NCBI GenBank assembly: GCA_041659225.1
Contig: JBAZYR010000002.1
Span: 8,439-72,438 of the forward strand
Origin: Candidatus Staskawiczbacteria bacterium
GTDB lineage: Bacteria > Patescibacteriota > Minisyncoccia > Minisyncoccales > Staskawiczbacteraceae
DNA length: 64,000 nucleotides
Reading direction: 5' to 3'
A model generated the notes under the pieces. That model was not told the DNA's origin. It was given only the letters and a program-made list of their open reading frames with translations, and did no database searches. The translations under genes were made by a program, and so were the position numbers. Positions 53,627 through 63,747 of this stretch are shown piece after piece (the first letter of the stretch is position 1; each line of letters opens with the position of its first letter).

Positions 53627-54730
53627 ATGAGGCCGATGACCACACGAATCATCGCACATCTGGATATGGATGCTTTCTTCGCTTCGCTCGAAGAAGTTGC
53701 TACCCCGGGTTTTAAAGATAAACCGATTGCTGTTGGCGCCGACCCCGAGGAAGGGAGGGGCAGGGGAGTAGTTTCTACGGCGAACTATAAAGCAAGAGCA
53801 TACGGCATACATTCTGCCCTCCCGATATCAACTGCCTGGCGGATATCACAGACAGAGAAAGCAAAAGGCAACCCTGAAGTTATTTTTGTAACCACGAATT
53901 TTGAGATGTATGAAAAGGCTTCGGAAAATGTTTTTAATATCATTAAAAAATATTCCGGAGAGGTCGAGCCGGCGAGCATCGACGAGTTCTATTTCGATCT
54001 TAGTTTCGCTAAGACTTTTTCAAAAGCTGAAAAAACCTGTAAAAAGATTAAAGCCGAGATAAGAAAGAAGGAAAAGGTCACTTGTTCAATAGGAATTGGA
54101 CCGAACAAGCTTGTTGCGAAAATTGCGGCTGGTATTAATAAGCCAGATGGAATCCTGGCAATTTTACCTAAAAAAGTGGAAAGCTTTTTAGATCCGCTAC
54201 CTATCCGAAAGATTCCCGGCATTGGGCCGAAAACCGCCGATATTTTCTATAACGGTAATGTGCAGACCATAAAAGACCTCAAGAAGTTCTCGAAAGAAGA
54301 ATTAATAGAAACCTTAGGCAAATGCGGAGAAGATATATACTATAAATCCCGCGGAGTTGATGATTCATTAATTGTTCAGGATAGAGAGGTAAAATCCATC
54401 GGCGAGCAAATAACTTTTGAGCAGGATACACTGCAAGCCCTTTTCTTGATTGGAGAATTTGAAAAAATCAGGCGAAACGTTTTCAAACGATTTCGAGAAA
54501 GCGGTTTTGATTGTTTTAAAACCATAACAATTGTCGTCCGTTTTGCAGATTTCGAAACGAAAACTAGCTCGAAAAGCTTTAAAAAGGAGATAAAGGTGGA
54601 GGATAATAAAATTTTTGAGATTGAGACATTAAAATTGATTCTGCCGTTTCTTGATCAGAGAAGTAACCCGCGGGGGAAACTAATACGTCTGATTGGGGTG
54701 AGAATAGAAAACCTCGAGAAGGTCGAATAA
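53627..54730 (+). CDS. dinB: DNA polymerase IV (Y-family)
   Basis: 367 aa. IAHLDMDAFFASLEE, SIDEFYFDL and PIRKIPGIGPKT. Confidence 0.9.
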   Translation: MRPMTTRIIAHLDMDAFFASLEEVATPGFKDKPIAVGADPEEGRGRGVVSTANYKARAYGIHSALPISTAWRISQTEKAKGNPEVIFVTTNFEMYEKASENVFNIIKKYSGEVEPASIDEFYFDLSFAKTFSKAEKTCKKIKAEIRKKEKVTCSIGIGPNKLVAKIAAGINKPDGILAILPKKVESFLDPLPIRKIPGIGPKTADIFYNGNVQTIKDLKKFSKEELIETLGKCGEDIYYKSRGVDDSLIVQDREVKSIGEQITFEQDTLQALFLIGEFEKIRRNVFKRFRESGFDCFKTITIVVRFADFETKTSSKSFKKEIKVEDNKIFEIETLKLILPFLDQRSNPRGKLIRLIGVRIENLEKVE

Positions 54731-54790
54731 ACTATTGTGCCGACTTCTGGCCCAGCGTATAATAAGGAAGTAACAATTAACTATAATATT

Positions 54791-55810
54791 ATGCAATCAA
54801 AATACTTTTTTACGTTTATTATCCTTAGCGCCATTAGCTTGGTTTCAGTCTATCCAGCCGCTGTCTGCGCACAAACGGATGCAAGCACTATCAGCCAGCA
54901 AATGTTATCTGAAAGTATAGAAATATCAGGCGAACCGCAGGTGTTAGAAAGCGTCGTTATTGACGAGGTTAAGAACATTCCTTCCGGTTTTGGTTATTGG
55001 TGGCGTAATCTTAAGGAGGATATTTCTATCGGCTTGACCTTCAATCCCGTTAAAAAAGCCACGATTCAGCTAAAGTTTGCCGAGGAGAGAATGAAGTTAG
55101 CCGAATATATGACTCAAAACAGTACAGATCCGAAAGTCCAGGAAAAAGCTCAGCAAATGATAGAAAAAGCTAATGAGTATATGCAAAAGATTGAAGAAAA
55201 ACGGGATGAGTTCGCTCAAAGCGCAGATCCCAGCGTTAAGCCTTTATTAAAGGATGTTTTAAAACATAATTTAAATACAATTCGTGTTTTCGAGAAAATT
55301 GAAGATATGCTACCTCCGGAAAAATTGGAGCAGTTCCAGCAAACCCGTGCTCGAATTGAAGGATTTCAAACTAATTTTCTTGAAAAGTTAAAAGAAAATC
55401 CCAATGTTTCTAAGGAAGTGAAGGATAGAGCGATAGAGGCCGTAAGTTCTCTAAAAGCAACTTTAGAAGCTAGAAAGGAGATAAGGCTGGAGCAAAAAGA
55501 CATTTTAAATGAGATTAAAGCAGGGAATCAGGAAGCGAAACAAGAGTTGGAAGTTTTAAGAGGGGAAAGGAAGGAAAAAATCGAGCAATTAAGGCAAGAG
55601 TATAAAGAGGAAAAGGGGACTATTATTGAAAAAATACAGGCAGGCGATAAGGACGCGGTTAACGAATTAAAAGCTCTTAATGATGAAAAAAAGATCGAGC
55701 TGAAGGGCATTCAGCTGGAAATAAAGGACAAAACGAAAGAAGTGAAGGAAACGCTTAAACAAAATAGAGAAGAACTCAAGGGTCAGCTGCCGAATAAAAA
55801 CAATCAGTAA
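54791..55810 (+). CDS. Secreted coiled-coil protein
   Basis: Signal peptide MQSKYFFTFIILSAISLVSVYPAAVCAQ. Long K/E-rich helical repeats. The start is moved from the GTG at 54737 to the ATG at 54791. Confidence 0.6.
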   Translation: MQSKYFFTFIILSAISLVSVYPAAVCAQTDASTISQQMLSESIEISGEPQVLESVVIDEVKNIPSGFGYWWRNLKEDISIGLTFNPVKKATIQLKFAEERMKLAEYMTQNSTDPKVQEKAQQMIEKANEYMQKIEEKRDEFAQSADPSVKPLLKDVLKHNLNTIRVFEKIEDMLPPEKLEQFQQTRARIEGFQTNFLEKLKENPNVSKEVKDRAIEAVSSLKATLEARKEIRLEQKDILNEIKAGNQEAKQELEVLRGERKEKIEQLRQEYKEEKGTIIEKIQAGDKDAVNELKALNDEKKIELKGIQLEIKDKTKEVKETLKQNREELKGQLPNKNNQ

Positions 55811-55917
55811 ATCTTAAAAAGTCCGGAGAAACGTCGAATACGCCCTCGGTTTTTGGGTTGGATAAAAATGGAAAATGAGTTGTCCGCCTATTTTTTTTAT
55901 GATAGTATATTAAGAAT

Positions 55918-55991
55918 GGGGGCGTAGTTCAATGGCAGAATAGAGGTCTCCAAAACCTTTGATCAGGGTTCGAATCCTTGCGCCCCCGCCA
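55918..55991 (+). tRNA. tRNA-Trp (anticodon CCA), CCA encoded
   Basis: Acceptor GGGGGCG/CGCCCCC, anticodon stem-loop GAGGT-CTCCAAA-ACCTT, T-arm CAGGGTTCGAATCCTTG, and 3' GCCA. Confidence 0.85.
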
Positions 55992-56014
55992 AGATATAAT
56001 TAAAGAGATTAAAT

Positions 56015-57538
56015 ATGAAAATTACTAAATTTTTAAAGAAAAAGAGGGTTGTTTGGACGATAATAATCCTATTGGCGGTAATCGCTATTGGATATTTTGC
56101 GTTCGGGGGGAATAATAAAACGAGCGGGATACAGACTGCGACAGTCGCAAAACAGAATCTGCAGGAGACGGTTTTGTCTACGGGCCAGGTTGTCAGCAGA
56201 GTGGATTTAAGCCTTAGTTTCCAGGGAAGCGGAGTTGCCAGGCAGGTATTTGTGAAGGAAGGAGATGAAGTTGCGAAGGGCAAGATTTTGGCCTTACTGG
56301 ACCAAAGTAGCGCACGCGCAAGCTTGATGACTGCTCAAGGCGCCTTAGCCCAAGCTCAAGCTAATTACGACAAAGTGATTAATGGGGCAACCCCTGAAGA
56401 CATACAGATATATGAGGATGCTGTGCTATCGGCGCAAGAGGATTTGCGAGACACATACAACGGATCTTCGAATACCTTAAACGATGCATATATTTATGTG
56501 TATAATGCATATCGTTTTGTGGTTCTTCTCCAAAATAACTATTTCGGCGCATCTGATCAGGAGGGTATTCGGGTGCAGGATAATAAGAATAGTATAAATG
56601 AAAAAATGGCCGATATAAGAACTGCTATCGACGGCGCTACCACGAATGAAAAAATAGATTCCGCAGTTTCTGTAATAATCGGCGATTTAAACAGCGTACA
56701 GGATTCTTTAAGAATAATTCGCGAGCAATGCGACGAAGGAGCTTACGCGAACAAGGTTTCTACAGCCGATAAGACTTCCTTAGACACGCATAAGGCTAAT
56801 ATAGTCGCTGCCATAACTAGTATCAATTCCCTGCAGCACAGCATCGCCTCCGACAAAATTGCTCTCCAAAAAGCAGAAAACACTTTAACGCAAAAAACCG
56901 TAAAGCCTCGTCAGGAAGATGTTGACGCCGCTTATGCTCAAGTAATCTCCGCCCAAGGTCAGGTTGCCTCCGCGCAAGCAACCATCAATAACTTAACCTT
57001 ATGGGCGCCCGCCGGTGGAACGATCACCCACGTAGGAATAAAGGTGGGGGAGCAGGCTGCCGCTATGACCGAGGTTATGGTTTTGCAGAATGTCAGCGAT
57101 GTATATGCAGAAGCGAATGTAAGCGAAGCAAATATCGCTTCCTTGGAGGTTGGTCAGACAATCGATTATACTTTTGACGCACTGGGACCAGACGAAACTT
57201 TCCAAGGAAAAATATTGACCATCAATCCTGCCTCGACCGTAATCTCCGGTGTGGTAAACTATAAAGTTACGGGTAGTCTTGAAAATATCCCGGATATTAA
57301 GCCCGGTATGACCGTGAACATGACTGTTCTGGTTGCCGAAAAAGACAATGTATTGGCCGTGCCTTCATCGGCCATAATTAACAAAGACGGGAAAAAATAT
57401 ATACGGGTAATTGATGACTTGAAAACAAAGAAATACCACGAGGTTGAAGTCCAGATTGGCATGCAGGCCGATGGGGGATTGGTTGAAATCATCTCCGGCC
57501 TCACAGAAGGACAGATGATTATTACTTACATGAAATAA
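56015..57538 (+). CDS. HlyD/MacA-family periplasmic adaptor-like protein
   Basis: 507 aa. N-terminal TM, a lipoyl-like hairpin (GDEVAKGKILALLD), a long coiled coil and a beta-barrel C-terminus. Confidence 0.8.
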   Translation: MKITKFLKKKRVVWTIIILLAVIAIGYFAFGGNNKTSGIQTATVAKQNLQETVLSTGQVVSRVDLSLSFQGSGVARQVFVKEGDEVAKGKILALLDQSSARASLMTAQGALAQAQANYDKVINGATPEDIQIYEDAVLSAQEDLRDTYNGSSNTLNDAYIYVYNAYRFVVLLQNNYFGASDQEGIRVQDNKNSINEKMADIRTAIDGATTNEKIDSAVSVIIGDLNSVQDSLRIIREQCDEGAYANKVSTADKTSLDTHKANIVAAITSINSLQHSIASDKIALQKAENTLTQKTVKPRQEDVDAAYAQVISAQGQVASAQATINNLTLWAPAGGTITHVGIKVGEQAAAMTEVMVLQNVSDVYAEANVSEANIASLEVGQTIDYTFDALGPDETFQGKILTINPASTVISGVVNYKVTGSLENIPDIKPGMTVNMTVLVAEKDNVLAVPSSAIINKDGKKYIRVIDDLKTKKYHEVEVQIGMQADGGLVEIISGLTEGQMIITYMK

Positions 57539-57540
57539 CA

Positions 57541-58257
57541 ATGGAGCTAGTCAGAGTTGAAAAGCTTAAAAAGAACTATGACAACGAGGGCGTTGTAACC
57601 CATGTTTTGCATGATATAAATTTCAGTATTAACAAAGGCGAGTTTGTAGCTATCATGGGTCCGTCAGGGTCCGGCAAGTCAACCTTGATGCATATATTAA
57701 GTTTTCTCGACCGACCTACGTCCGGGACATACAAATTCGAGGGCGAGGATATTGAGAAATTTACTGACGATTACCTTGCCAAGTTGAGAAATGAAAGAGT
57801 CGGGTTTGTATTCCAATCTTTTAATTTGCTCAGCCGGACTACTGTTTTAGATAATGTAAAGTTGCCTTTAGTCTACAGCCATAAAAAAGACCATGACAAG
57901 TTAGCCAAAGAAGCCTTAGAATCCGTAGGGCTTTCTCATAGATTGCACTATTTTACCAATCAAATTTCCGGAGGCGAAAAACAGAGGGTGGCAATCGCCC
58001 GGGCTTTGGTTTGCAATCCGGCCGTAATTTTTGCCGACGAACCTACGGGTAACTTAGATTCCAAGTCCGGCAACGCTGTAATGTATATTCTTCAGAAGTT
58101 GAATAATGACGGCCACACAATCATTCTTGTCACACACGAAACCGATACGGCCAACCATGCCGACAGAATCATCCGGCTTAAAGACGGTGGAATTATCTCT
58201 GACGAAAAAGTAAAGCAAAAAACAGCTGCAACCGCAGAAAGAGATCTTATAAAATAA
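57541..58257 (+). CDS. MacB/LolD-type ABC transporter ATP-binding protein
   Basis: 238 aa. [23 protein letters not shown] and [11 protein letters not shown]. Confidence 0.9.
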   Translation: MELVRVEKLKKNYDNEGVVTHVLHDINFSINKGEFVAIMGPSGSGKSTLMHILSFLDRPTSGTYKFEGEDIEKFTDDYLAKLRNERVGFVFQSFNLLSRTTVLDNVKLPLVYSHKKDHDKLAKEALESVGLSHRLHYFTNQISGGEKQRVAIARALVCNPAVIFADEPTGNLDSKSGNAVMYILQKLNNDGHTIILVTHETDTANHADRIIRLKDGGIISDEKVKQKTAATAERDLIK

Positions 58258-58260
58258 TCT

Positions 58261-59532
58261 ATGGATTTTTTAGGCACCATAAAACTTGTAGCGCGAACAT
58301 TGCTTGCTAGAAAAGGCAGGTCTTTTTTAACTATTTTAGGAATTGTTATAGGAGTAGCGGGTGTAATTATCATCATAGCCTTGGGGGCAGGCGCCCAAAG
58401 TTTAATTTTAGGGCAGGTTACAAAGCTGGGCTCCGATCTTTTAAGTATTCAGCCCGGAAAAAGCAATGAAAAAGGCCCTCCAGCTCAGATATTCGGCATT
58501 GTCATAACCACATTAGTAAACGGAGATGCCGATGCATTGCGGAGCAAGTCGCAGGTCCCGCACGCTCTAGCTGTTAACGCTATGGTTCAGGGTTCTGCAT
58601 CAGTTACCTGGCAGGATAAGACCATAGATACGAATTTTACCGGCACCGAATATACATATACCGACGTTGTAACTTTTACAATGCAGAAAGGACAGTTTTT
58701 CGACCAGCAACAAGAGAAGGGAGACGCTAATGTTGTGGTGTTGGGCTTTTCTGTAGCCAATCAACTGTTTGAAGGAACAAATATAGACCCGATCGGACAG
58801 GTTATTAAAATTCGTAGCGCTTCGCAGGAACAGGCAGGCGGAATTCCTTTGCGCGTGATTGGGGTGGTTGACGAAAGGGGAAGCGCTTTTTTCCAGGATC
58901 AGGACGATCAGGTTTTCGTCCCTTTGGGCATCGGCCAGCAGCAGCTGCTGGGAATACACTATTTGCAGTCAGTGAATATTAAAGTTGATTCAGCTGACAA
59001 CGTTGACTCGACCATTGCTGACGTGACTAGGGTGTTAAAGCAGACCCACCGCATACGACGCGATATAGATGTTGATTTCACGGTGCGTAATGTTGCCAGT
59101 GCTATAGAAATTCTGAGCACCATAACGGACGCGCTTCGTCTTTTCTTAACGGCAATGGCAGCCATTGCTTTAATAGTCGGTGGAATTGGAATTTTAAACA
59201 TTATGATGGCAACGGTTGCAGAGCGAACTCGCGAGATCGGGCTTCGTAAGGCGGTCGGGGCAACTAATTCTGCCATCAGGAACCAATTTTTATTGGAAGC
59301 AGGCTCCTTAACTTTCCTGGGAGGTATTATCGGAATAATTATTGGAACATTAGTCTCTTATCTGATATCTATACTGATGCACTATCTTGGATACGAATGG
59401 GCTTTTATCGTTTCAATTTCCTCAATTATTCTCGCCGTCGGGGTTTCAATTCTGACAGGAGTAATTTTCGGATTGTATCCTGCTTTTAAAGCAGCAAAAT
59501 TAAATCCAATAGACGCGCTAAGGTACGAATAA
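58261..59532 (+). CDS. MacB/FtsX-type ABC permease (paralog 1)
   Basis: 423 aa. MacB_PCD-like extracytoplasmic domain between TM1 and TM2. C-terminal FtsX domain ending LNPIDALRYE. Confidence 0.85.
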   Translation: MDFLGTIKLVARTLLARKGRSFLTILGIVIGVAGVIIIIALGAGAQSLILGQVTKLGSDLLSIQPGKSNEKGPPAQIFGIVITTLVNGDADALRSKSQVPHALAVNAMVQGSASVTWQDKTIDTNFTGTEYTYTDVVTFTMQKGQFFDQQQEKGDANVVVLGFSVANQLFEGTNIDPIGQVIKIRSASQEQAGGIPLRVIGVVDERGSAFFQDQDDQVFVPLGIGQQQLLGIHYLQSVNIKVDSADNVDSTIADVTRVLKQTHRIRRDIDVDFTVRNVASAIEILSTITDALRLFLTAMAAIALIVGGIGILNIMMATVAERTREIGLRKAVGATNSAIRNQFLLEAGSLTFLGGIIGIIIGTLVSYLISILMHYLGYEWAFIVSISSIILAVGVSILTGVIFGLYPAFKAAKLNPIDALRYE

Positions 59533-59534
59533 AT

Positions 59535-60791
59535 ATGTTCAAGATTTTACAACAAGCTATAAAAGCTTTATCTGCGAATCTGGCTAGAACGGTGTTAACA
59601 ACGTTAGGTATTGTCATCGGCATTGCCACTGTTATTTTAGTTTTGTCCGCCGGCGCCGGCTTTCGAAGCCTCATTGACGACCAAATATCTTCCTGGGGTT
59701 CAAATATGTTGTTTATTGAGACAAGAGTTCCGCCCACGACAAAGAATCGGGCGAGTGGCGCAGCCAGTGCGGATTTAAGCAGGGCTACATCAGCGGTGGC
59801 GATTACCTCATTTAAACAGCGCGATCTGGAGGAAGTTAAAAAATTAGGAAATGTTATAAACGCCTATGGCATGACCACTGGCCTGGCTGTGGTCAGTTAC
59901 CGCGGCAATGAAAAAGATGTTATTTACTACGGCGCCTCGGCCGAGCGTTTTTTAATGGATAAGCACGAGCTGACAAGCGGGAGATTCTATACTCAAAGCG
60001 AGGACGACGGCGCCTCGCAAGTAGTAATTTTAGGAAGCAATCTTGCCGCTGATTTATTCAATCAAGACGATCCCATAGGCAAGCTGGTCAGGATAGGGAC
60101 GCTTAACTTCCAGGTGATAGGAGTTTACGAGCCCCAAGGAGCGGTTGGAGGCCCGAGTGCAGATGACGGCCTATACATGCCCTTGGTTACCGCTCAGAAA
60201 AAGATGCTAGGCATTGATTATTTGGTTGTCGGGGTCGTACAGGTGGAGAACGTTGACTTGTCTGATGCAACTGCCGAATCTATAAAACAAGTGATGAGGC
60301 GCAACCACAACATCACGGATCCGGAGAAAGATGATTTTACTGTAACCACCCAGGCCCAGGCCATGGATACTTTCAACGTTATATTTAACGGCATCACTAT
60401 CCTGCTAATTTGCATCGCCGCCATTTCCTTGATTGTCGGAGGAGTGGGGATTATGAACATCATGTATGTAGTGGTGACGGAGAGAACAAGCGAAATTGGT
60501 TTGAAAAAAGCCTTAGGCGCAAGAAGTTCTGATATCTTAAACGAGTTTCTTATAGAATCAGTTTTAGTAACCGTAATAGGCGGAATTATCGGAATAGTAG
60601 CCGGAGCTTTTCTCGGTTGGATAGTTTACGTCGTTGCCGTCTCCAATGGTTTGGCATGGACTTTTTCTGTTCCTCTGTACGCGATAGCTATCGGAGTGGG
60701 AGTTTCCGGAACCATTGGAATTGGCTTCGGCGTTTTACCGGCCCGTAGCGCAGCTAAACTTGATCCGATAGAGGCTTTGAGGTACGAATAG
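59535..60791 (+). CDS. MacB/FtsX-type ABC permease (paralog 2)
   Basis: 418 aa. Same architecture as paralog 1, ending LDPIEALRYE. Confidence 0.85.
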   Translation: MFKILQQAIKALSANLARTVLTTLGIVIGIATVILVLSAGAGFRSLIDDQISSWGSNMLFIETRVPPTTKNRASGAASADLSRATSAVAITSFKQRDLEEVKKLGNVINAYGMTTGLAVVSYRGNEKDVIYYGASAERFLMDKHELTSGRFYTQSEDDGASQVVILGSNLAADLFNQDDPIGKLVRIGTLNFQVIGVYEPQGAVGGPSADDGLYMPLVTAQKKMLGIDYLVVGVVQVENVDLSDATAESIKQVMRRNHNITDPEKDDFTVTTQAQAMDTFNVIFNGITILLICIAAISLIVGGVGIMNIMYVVVTERTSEIGLKKALGARSSDILNEFLIESVLVTVIGGIIGIVAGAFLGWIVYVVAVSNGLAWTFSVPLYAIAIGVGVSGTIGIGFGVLPARSAAKLDPIEALRYE

Positions 60792-60866
60792 TTTGCATGA
60801 TATATCGTACGGCGGTATAGTAATGTAACTTACGCACATTTACATCGAACCTGAAAGGAGGTTCTC

Positions 60867-61568
60867 GTGCGAGAAATTGCCGAACAGTTTGTTGATTTAG
60901 TTTTACGATACGAGTGCTGGTCTCAAGTGCAAGGATTACCTCATGAAGAGGTTCAAATACTTTTTCATACGGTTTCTGCCGCAGGATTTAATCCGCAAGC
61001 TATTGCGCATGGGAAAGTGAAAGATGAATCACAGTTTCCAACTCCAGATTGCGCAATCAACGTAATATCACCGTACAAGGTGGTTGATAAAACGGGGGAA
61101 GATCATTGTTTCGCTACCGGTTGGCTCGACTGCGCTTTACGCCTCGTACTTATGGGAAAAAACCTACACGATGAACCTCGCGATAAAATAATCGATACTA
61201 TTCTTTCAGAAATACTACGAAGCGTCCCTTTGCAACCAATTCTTCTTGATTCTAAAGGTGATATTCTTTGGGAACATCCGCGCCAACCTTTGGCGCCAAG
61301 TCGCGAAGTTCATGGCCTTGTCTATTTCGTCGCCCACACCCGCGATGCAGACGGCTTGCACCTTAACGCATGCGTTGGGGTACATCTCAATTGCACCGGC
61401 TATATGGATCGTTTTCGGGCCACAGATATATTCGACTGCCTAACTTGCCGAAAGTGCAATCTTCGAGTATTCTTCCCGAAAGAAATACAAACCTATGGCG
61501 ACCTACGCCAGTACTTTATTGAAAAGCTGCAAGGCGAGGCCTCGGCCCAACCAAATAATCTAGTATAG
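60867..61568 (+). CDS. Hypothetical protein (higher G+C, SD-bearing singleton)
   Basis: 233 aa. GTG start preceded by GAAAGGAGG with a 6-nt spacer. Cys/His-rich C-terminal part (HLNACVGVHLNC...CLTCRKC). Confidence 0.5.
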   Translation: MREIAEQFVDLVLRYECWSQVQGLPHEEVQILFHTVSAAGFNPQAIAHGKVKDESQFPTPDCAINVISPYKVVDKTGEDHCFATGWLDCALRLVLMGKNLHDEPRDKIIDTILSEILRSVPLQPILLDSKGDILWEHPRQPLAPSREVHGLVYFVAHTRDADGLHLNACVGVHLNCTGYMDRFRATDIFDCLTCRKCNLRVFFPKEIQTYGDLRQYFIEKLQGEASAQPNNLV

Positions 61569-61650
61569 GACGAAGGGAAAACCTTTGCCCTTTTTCTTTA
61601 AAAATATGGATTTTCTGGTATAATGGCAATATGGTAGCTAGAATAATCTT

Positions 61651-61980
61651 ATGCTCAAAAAATTCAATAGAAATTTAGCATTTGATAAGGTTTCGATTAA
61701 CGATTTGATATTATTTAGTGCTTATTCGATCCTACGGAATAATGAAATTTGTACGTTCGATAGATTACTGAAGGAATGCTTTACATTATTCCCGGAGCCA
61801 TTTGGATTTTCCCGTTATCCCATATGGCCTGACTCCCGTAAACTTGATAGGCCGTTAAGGGCGCTCCGCAGCGAAGGTCTGGTAAAGGGGGATCCTAAAA
61901 TCGAGTTTTTTATAACCCCCGAGGGTAAGGATAAAGCCCAGGAAGTTGGTAAAATATTGAGACAAGGAAAACTATTATGA
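61651..61980 (+). CDS. Hypothetical protein
   Basis: 109 aa. Overlaps the pcm start by 4 nt (ATGA). Confidence 0.45.
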   Translation: MLKKFNRNLAFDKVSINDLILFSAYSILRNNEICTFDRLLKECFTLFPEPFGFSRYPIWPDSRKLDRPLRALRSEGLVKGDPKIEFFITPEGKDKAQEVGKILRQGKLL

Positions 61981-62603
61981 ATTTAATACATTCTTTAGTG
62001 CACGAAGGCTGGATAAAAACAGACTCAATCAAGAAAGCTTTTAAGAAAATTAGAAGAGAGGATTTTTTGCCTGACGAGACGAAAAATCTTGCCGAACTGA
62101 ACGAAGCTTTGCCTATCGGGTTTGGTCAGACAATTTCTCAGCCGTTAGTAGTTGCATTTATGCTAGAACAGTTGCAGCCTAATTCGGGAGATAAGGTTTT
62201 AGATGTTGGCTCCGGTTCCGGCTGGACTACAGCGCTGTTAGCTCAGATAGTAGGAGAGAAGGGAAAAGTCGTGGCTCTGGAGATTGTGCCGGAATTAAAG
62301 GAATTTGGCGAAAACAACGTTGCCAAATACGGGTTTGTCGAGAAGGGGATTGTTAAGTTTTCTAATACCGATGGTTCAAAGGGTTATGGCGATATAGGCG
62401 AGTTTGCCGGAGGGTTTGATAAGATTTTAGTTTCTGCCTCTGCAGAAAGCATCCCTAGTATTTGGAAAGAGCAGCTCCGAGTTGGCGGAAAGATAGTTGC
62501 TCCAGTCGGTTCGTCCATAAAAACAATTATTAAAAAATCTGAAACCGAATTTGAGGAAATTGATCATCCTGGATTTGTTTTTGTTCCTTTAATTCAAAAG
62601 TAG
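61977..62603 (+). CDS. pcm: Protein-L-isoaspartate O-methyltransferase
   Basis: 208 aa. GQTISQPLVVAFMLE, VLDVGSGSGWTTALLA and DKILVSAS. Confidence 0.85.
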   Translation: MNLIHSLVHEGWIKTDSIKKAFKKIRREDFLPDETKNLAELNEALPIGFGQTISQPLVVAFMLEQLQPNSGDKVLDVGSGSGWTTALLAQIVGEKGKVVALEIVPELKEFGENNVAKYGFVEKGIVKFSNTDGSKGYGDIGEFAGGFDKILVSASAESIPSIWKEQLRVGGKIVAPVGSSIKTIIKKSETEFEEIDHPGFVFVPLIQK

Positions 62604-62616
62604 GGGATAAGTAATT

Positions 62617-63609
62617 ATGAAATTTATAACTTCTTTTGTTTTATTCGTTGTCCTAACCGGCAGTTTTTTTATTTCCGCAAATCTTTTCATTCCTGTATCA
62701 TCCGGATCCCTAGAAAATATTGATTTTACTGTTCAAAGAGGGGAGGGGGCAAAAGATATTGTATCAAATCTTAAAAAGGAAGGGCTAATACGCAGCAGCG
62801 TTGTTTCTCGCGCTTTTATTCTATCATCCGGTTTATCCCATAAGCTTCAGGCCGGACAGTATTTATTTTCTCCGTCAATGAGCACGTGGTCTATCTTTCG
62901 TAAAATATCATCTGGTGACATCGCAACTAAGAAAATTACTATTATCGAAGGGTGGAAGTTAGAAGAAATAGGCCAATATCTGGAAGACCAGGGAATTTGC
63001 ACTAAACAGGAATTTTTAGAACTGTCCAAAAAAGACTTTAGCGAGGAATTCACTTTTTTAAACGACAAGCCCAAAAATCTTAGTCTGGAGGGATATATTT
63101 TCCCTGATACTTACGAGTTTCTTCCCGGGGCAAGCGTCGAGAATATCATTCGAATGTTTTTGAATAATTTTGATCAAAAGTTTACGTCCCAACTGCGCGA
63201 TGAAGTTAAAAGGCAGGACAAGTCGATTTTTGAAACTGTAACTATGGCTTCGATTATTGAGAGGGAAGTAAAGAAAATAGAGGATAAGAAGGTTGTCTCC
63301 GGTATTTTTTGGAAAAGACTAGAAATTGATATGTATCTTCAGTCATGCGCAACAGTTGTGTATATTACCGGCAACAATGGATATGGCGTTTCCTTGGACG
63401 ATCTGACGATTGACTCGCCATACAATACGTATAAATACATGGGCCTGCCCGTGGGTCCTATCTCGAATCCGGGGATAAGCAGTATTGAAGCTGCTATTTA
63501 TCCTACTAAAACAAACTATTTGTATTTTCTGTCGACGCCTTCCGGTAAGACTATTTTTAGCAAAACCTTTGAAGAACATTCGGCGGCCCAGGAATCTTAT
63601 TTGAGGTAG
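62617..63609 (+). CDS. mltG: Endolytic murein transglycosylase MltG (YceG-like)
   Basis: 330 aa. N-terminal TM. LEGYIFPDTYEF, ASIIEREV and SPYNTYKYMGLPVGPISNPG. Confidence 0.9.
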   Translation: MKFITSFVLFVVLTGSFFISANLFIPVSSGSLENIDFTVQRGEGAKDIVSNLKKEGLIRSSVVSRAFILSSGLSHKLQAGQYLFSPSMSTWSIFRKISSGDIATKKITIIEGWKLEEIGQYLEDQGICTKQEFLELSKKDFSEEFTFLNDKPKNLSLEGYIFPDTYEFLPGASVENIIRMFLNNFDQKFTSQLRDEVKRQDKSIFETVTMASIIEREVKKIEDKKVVSGIFWKRLEIDMYLQSCATVVYITGNNGYGVSLDDLTIDSPYNTYKYMGLPVGPISNPGISSIEAAIYPTKTNYLYFLSTPSGKTIFSKTFEEHSAAQESYLR

Positions 63610-63747
63610 CGGCTAGAATTGACTCTTCTATGGCCGGTGGTATATTAGAATAATAGTGGTATTGATATAATTAATTAACTCCACTGAATAATCACCTTCT
63701 CAATAATTTTAGTTATTGCGAAGAGATCATTCTGCGGATAAAAATAT

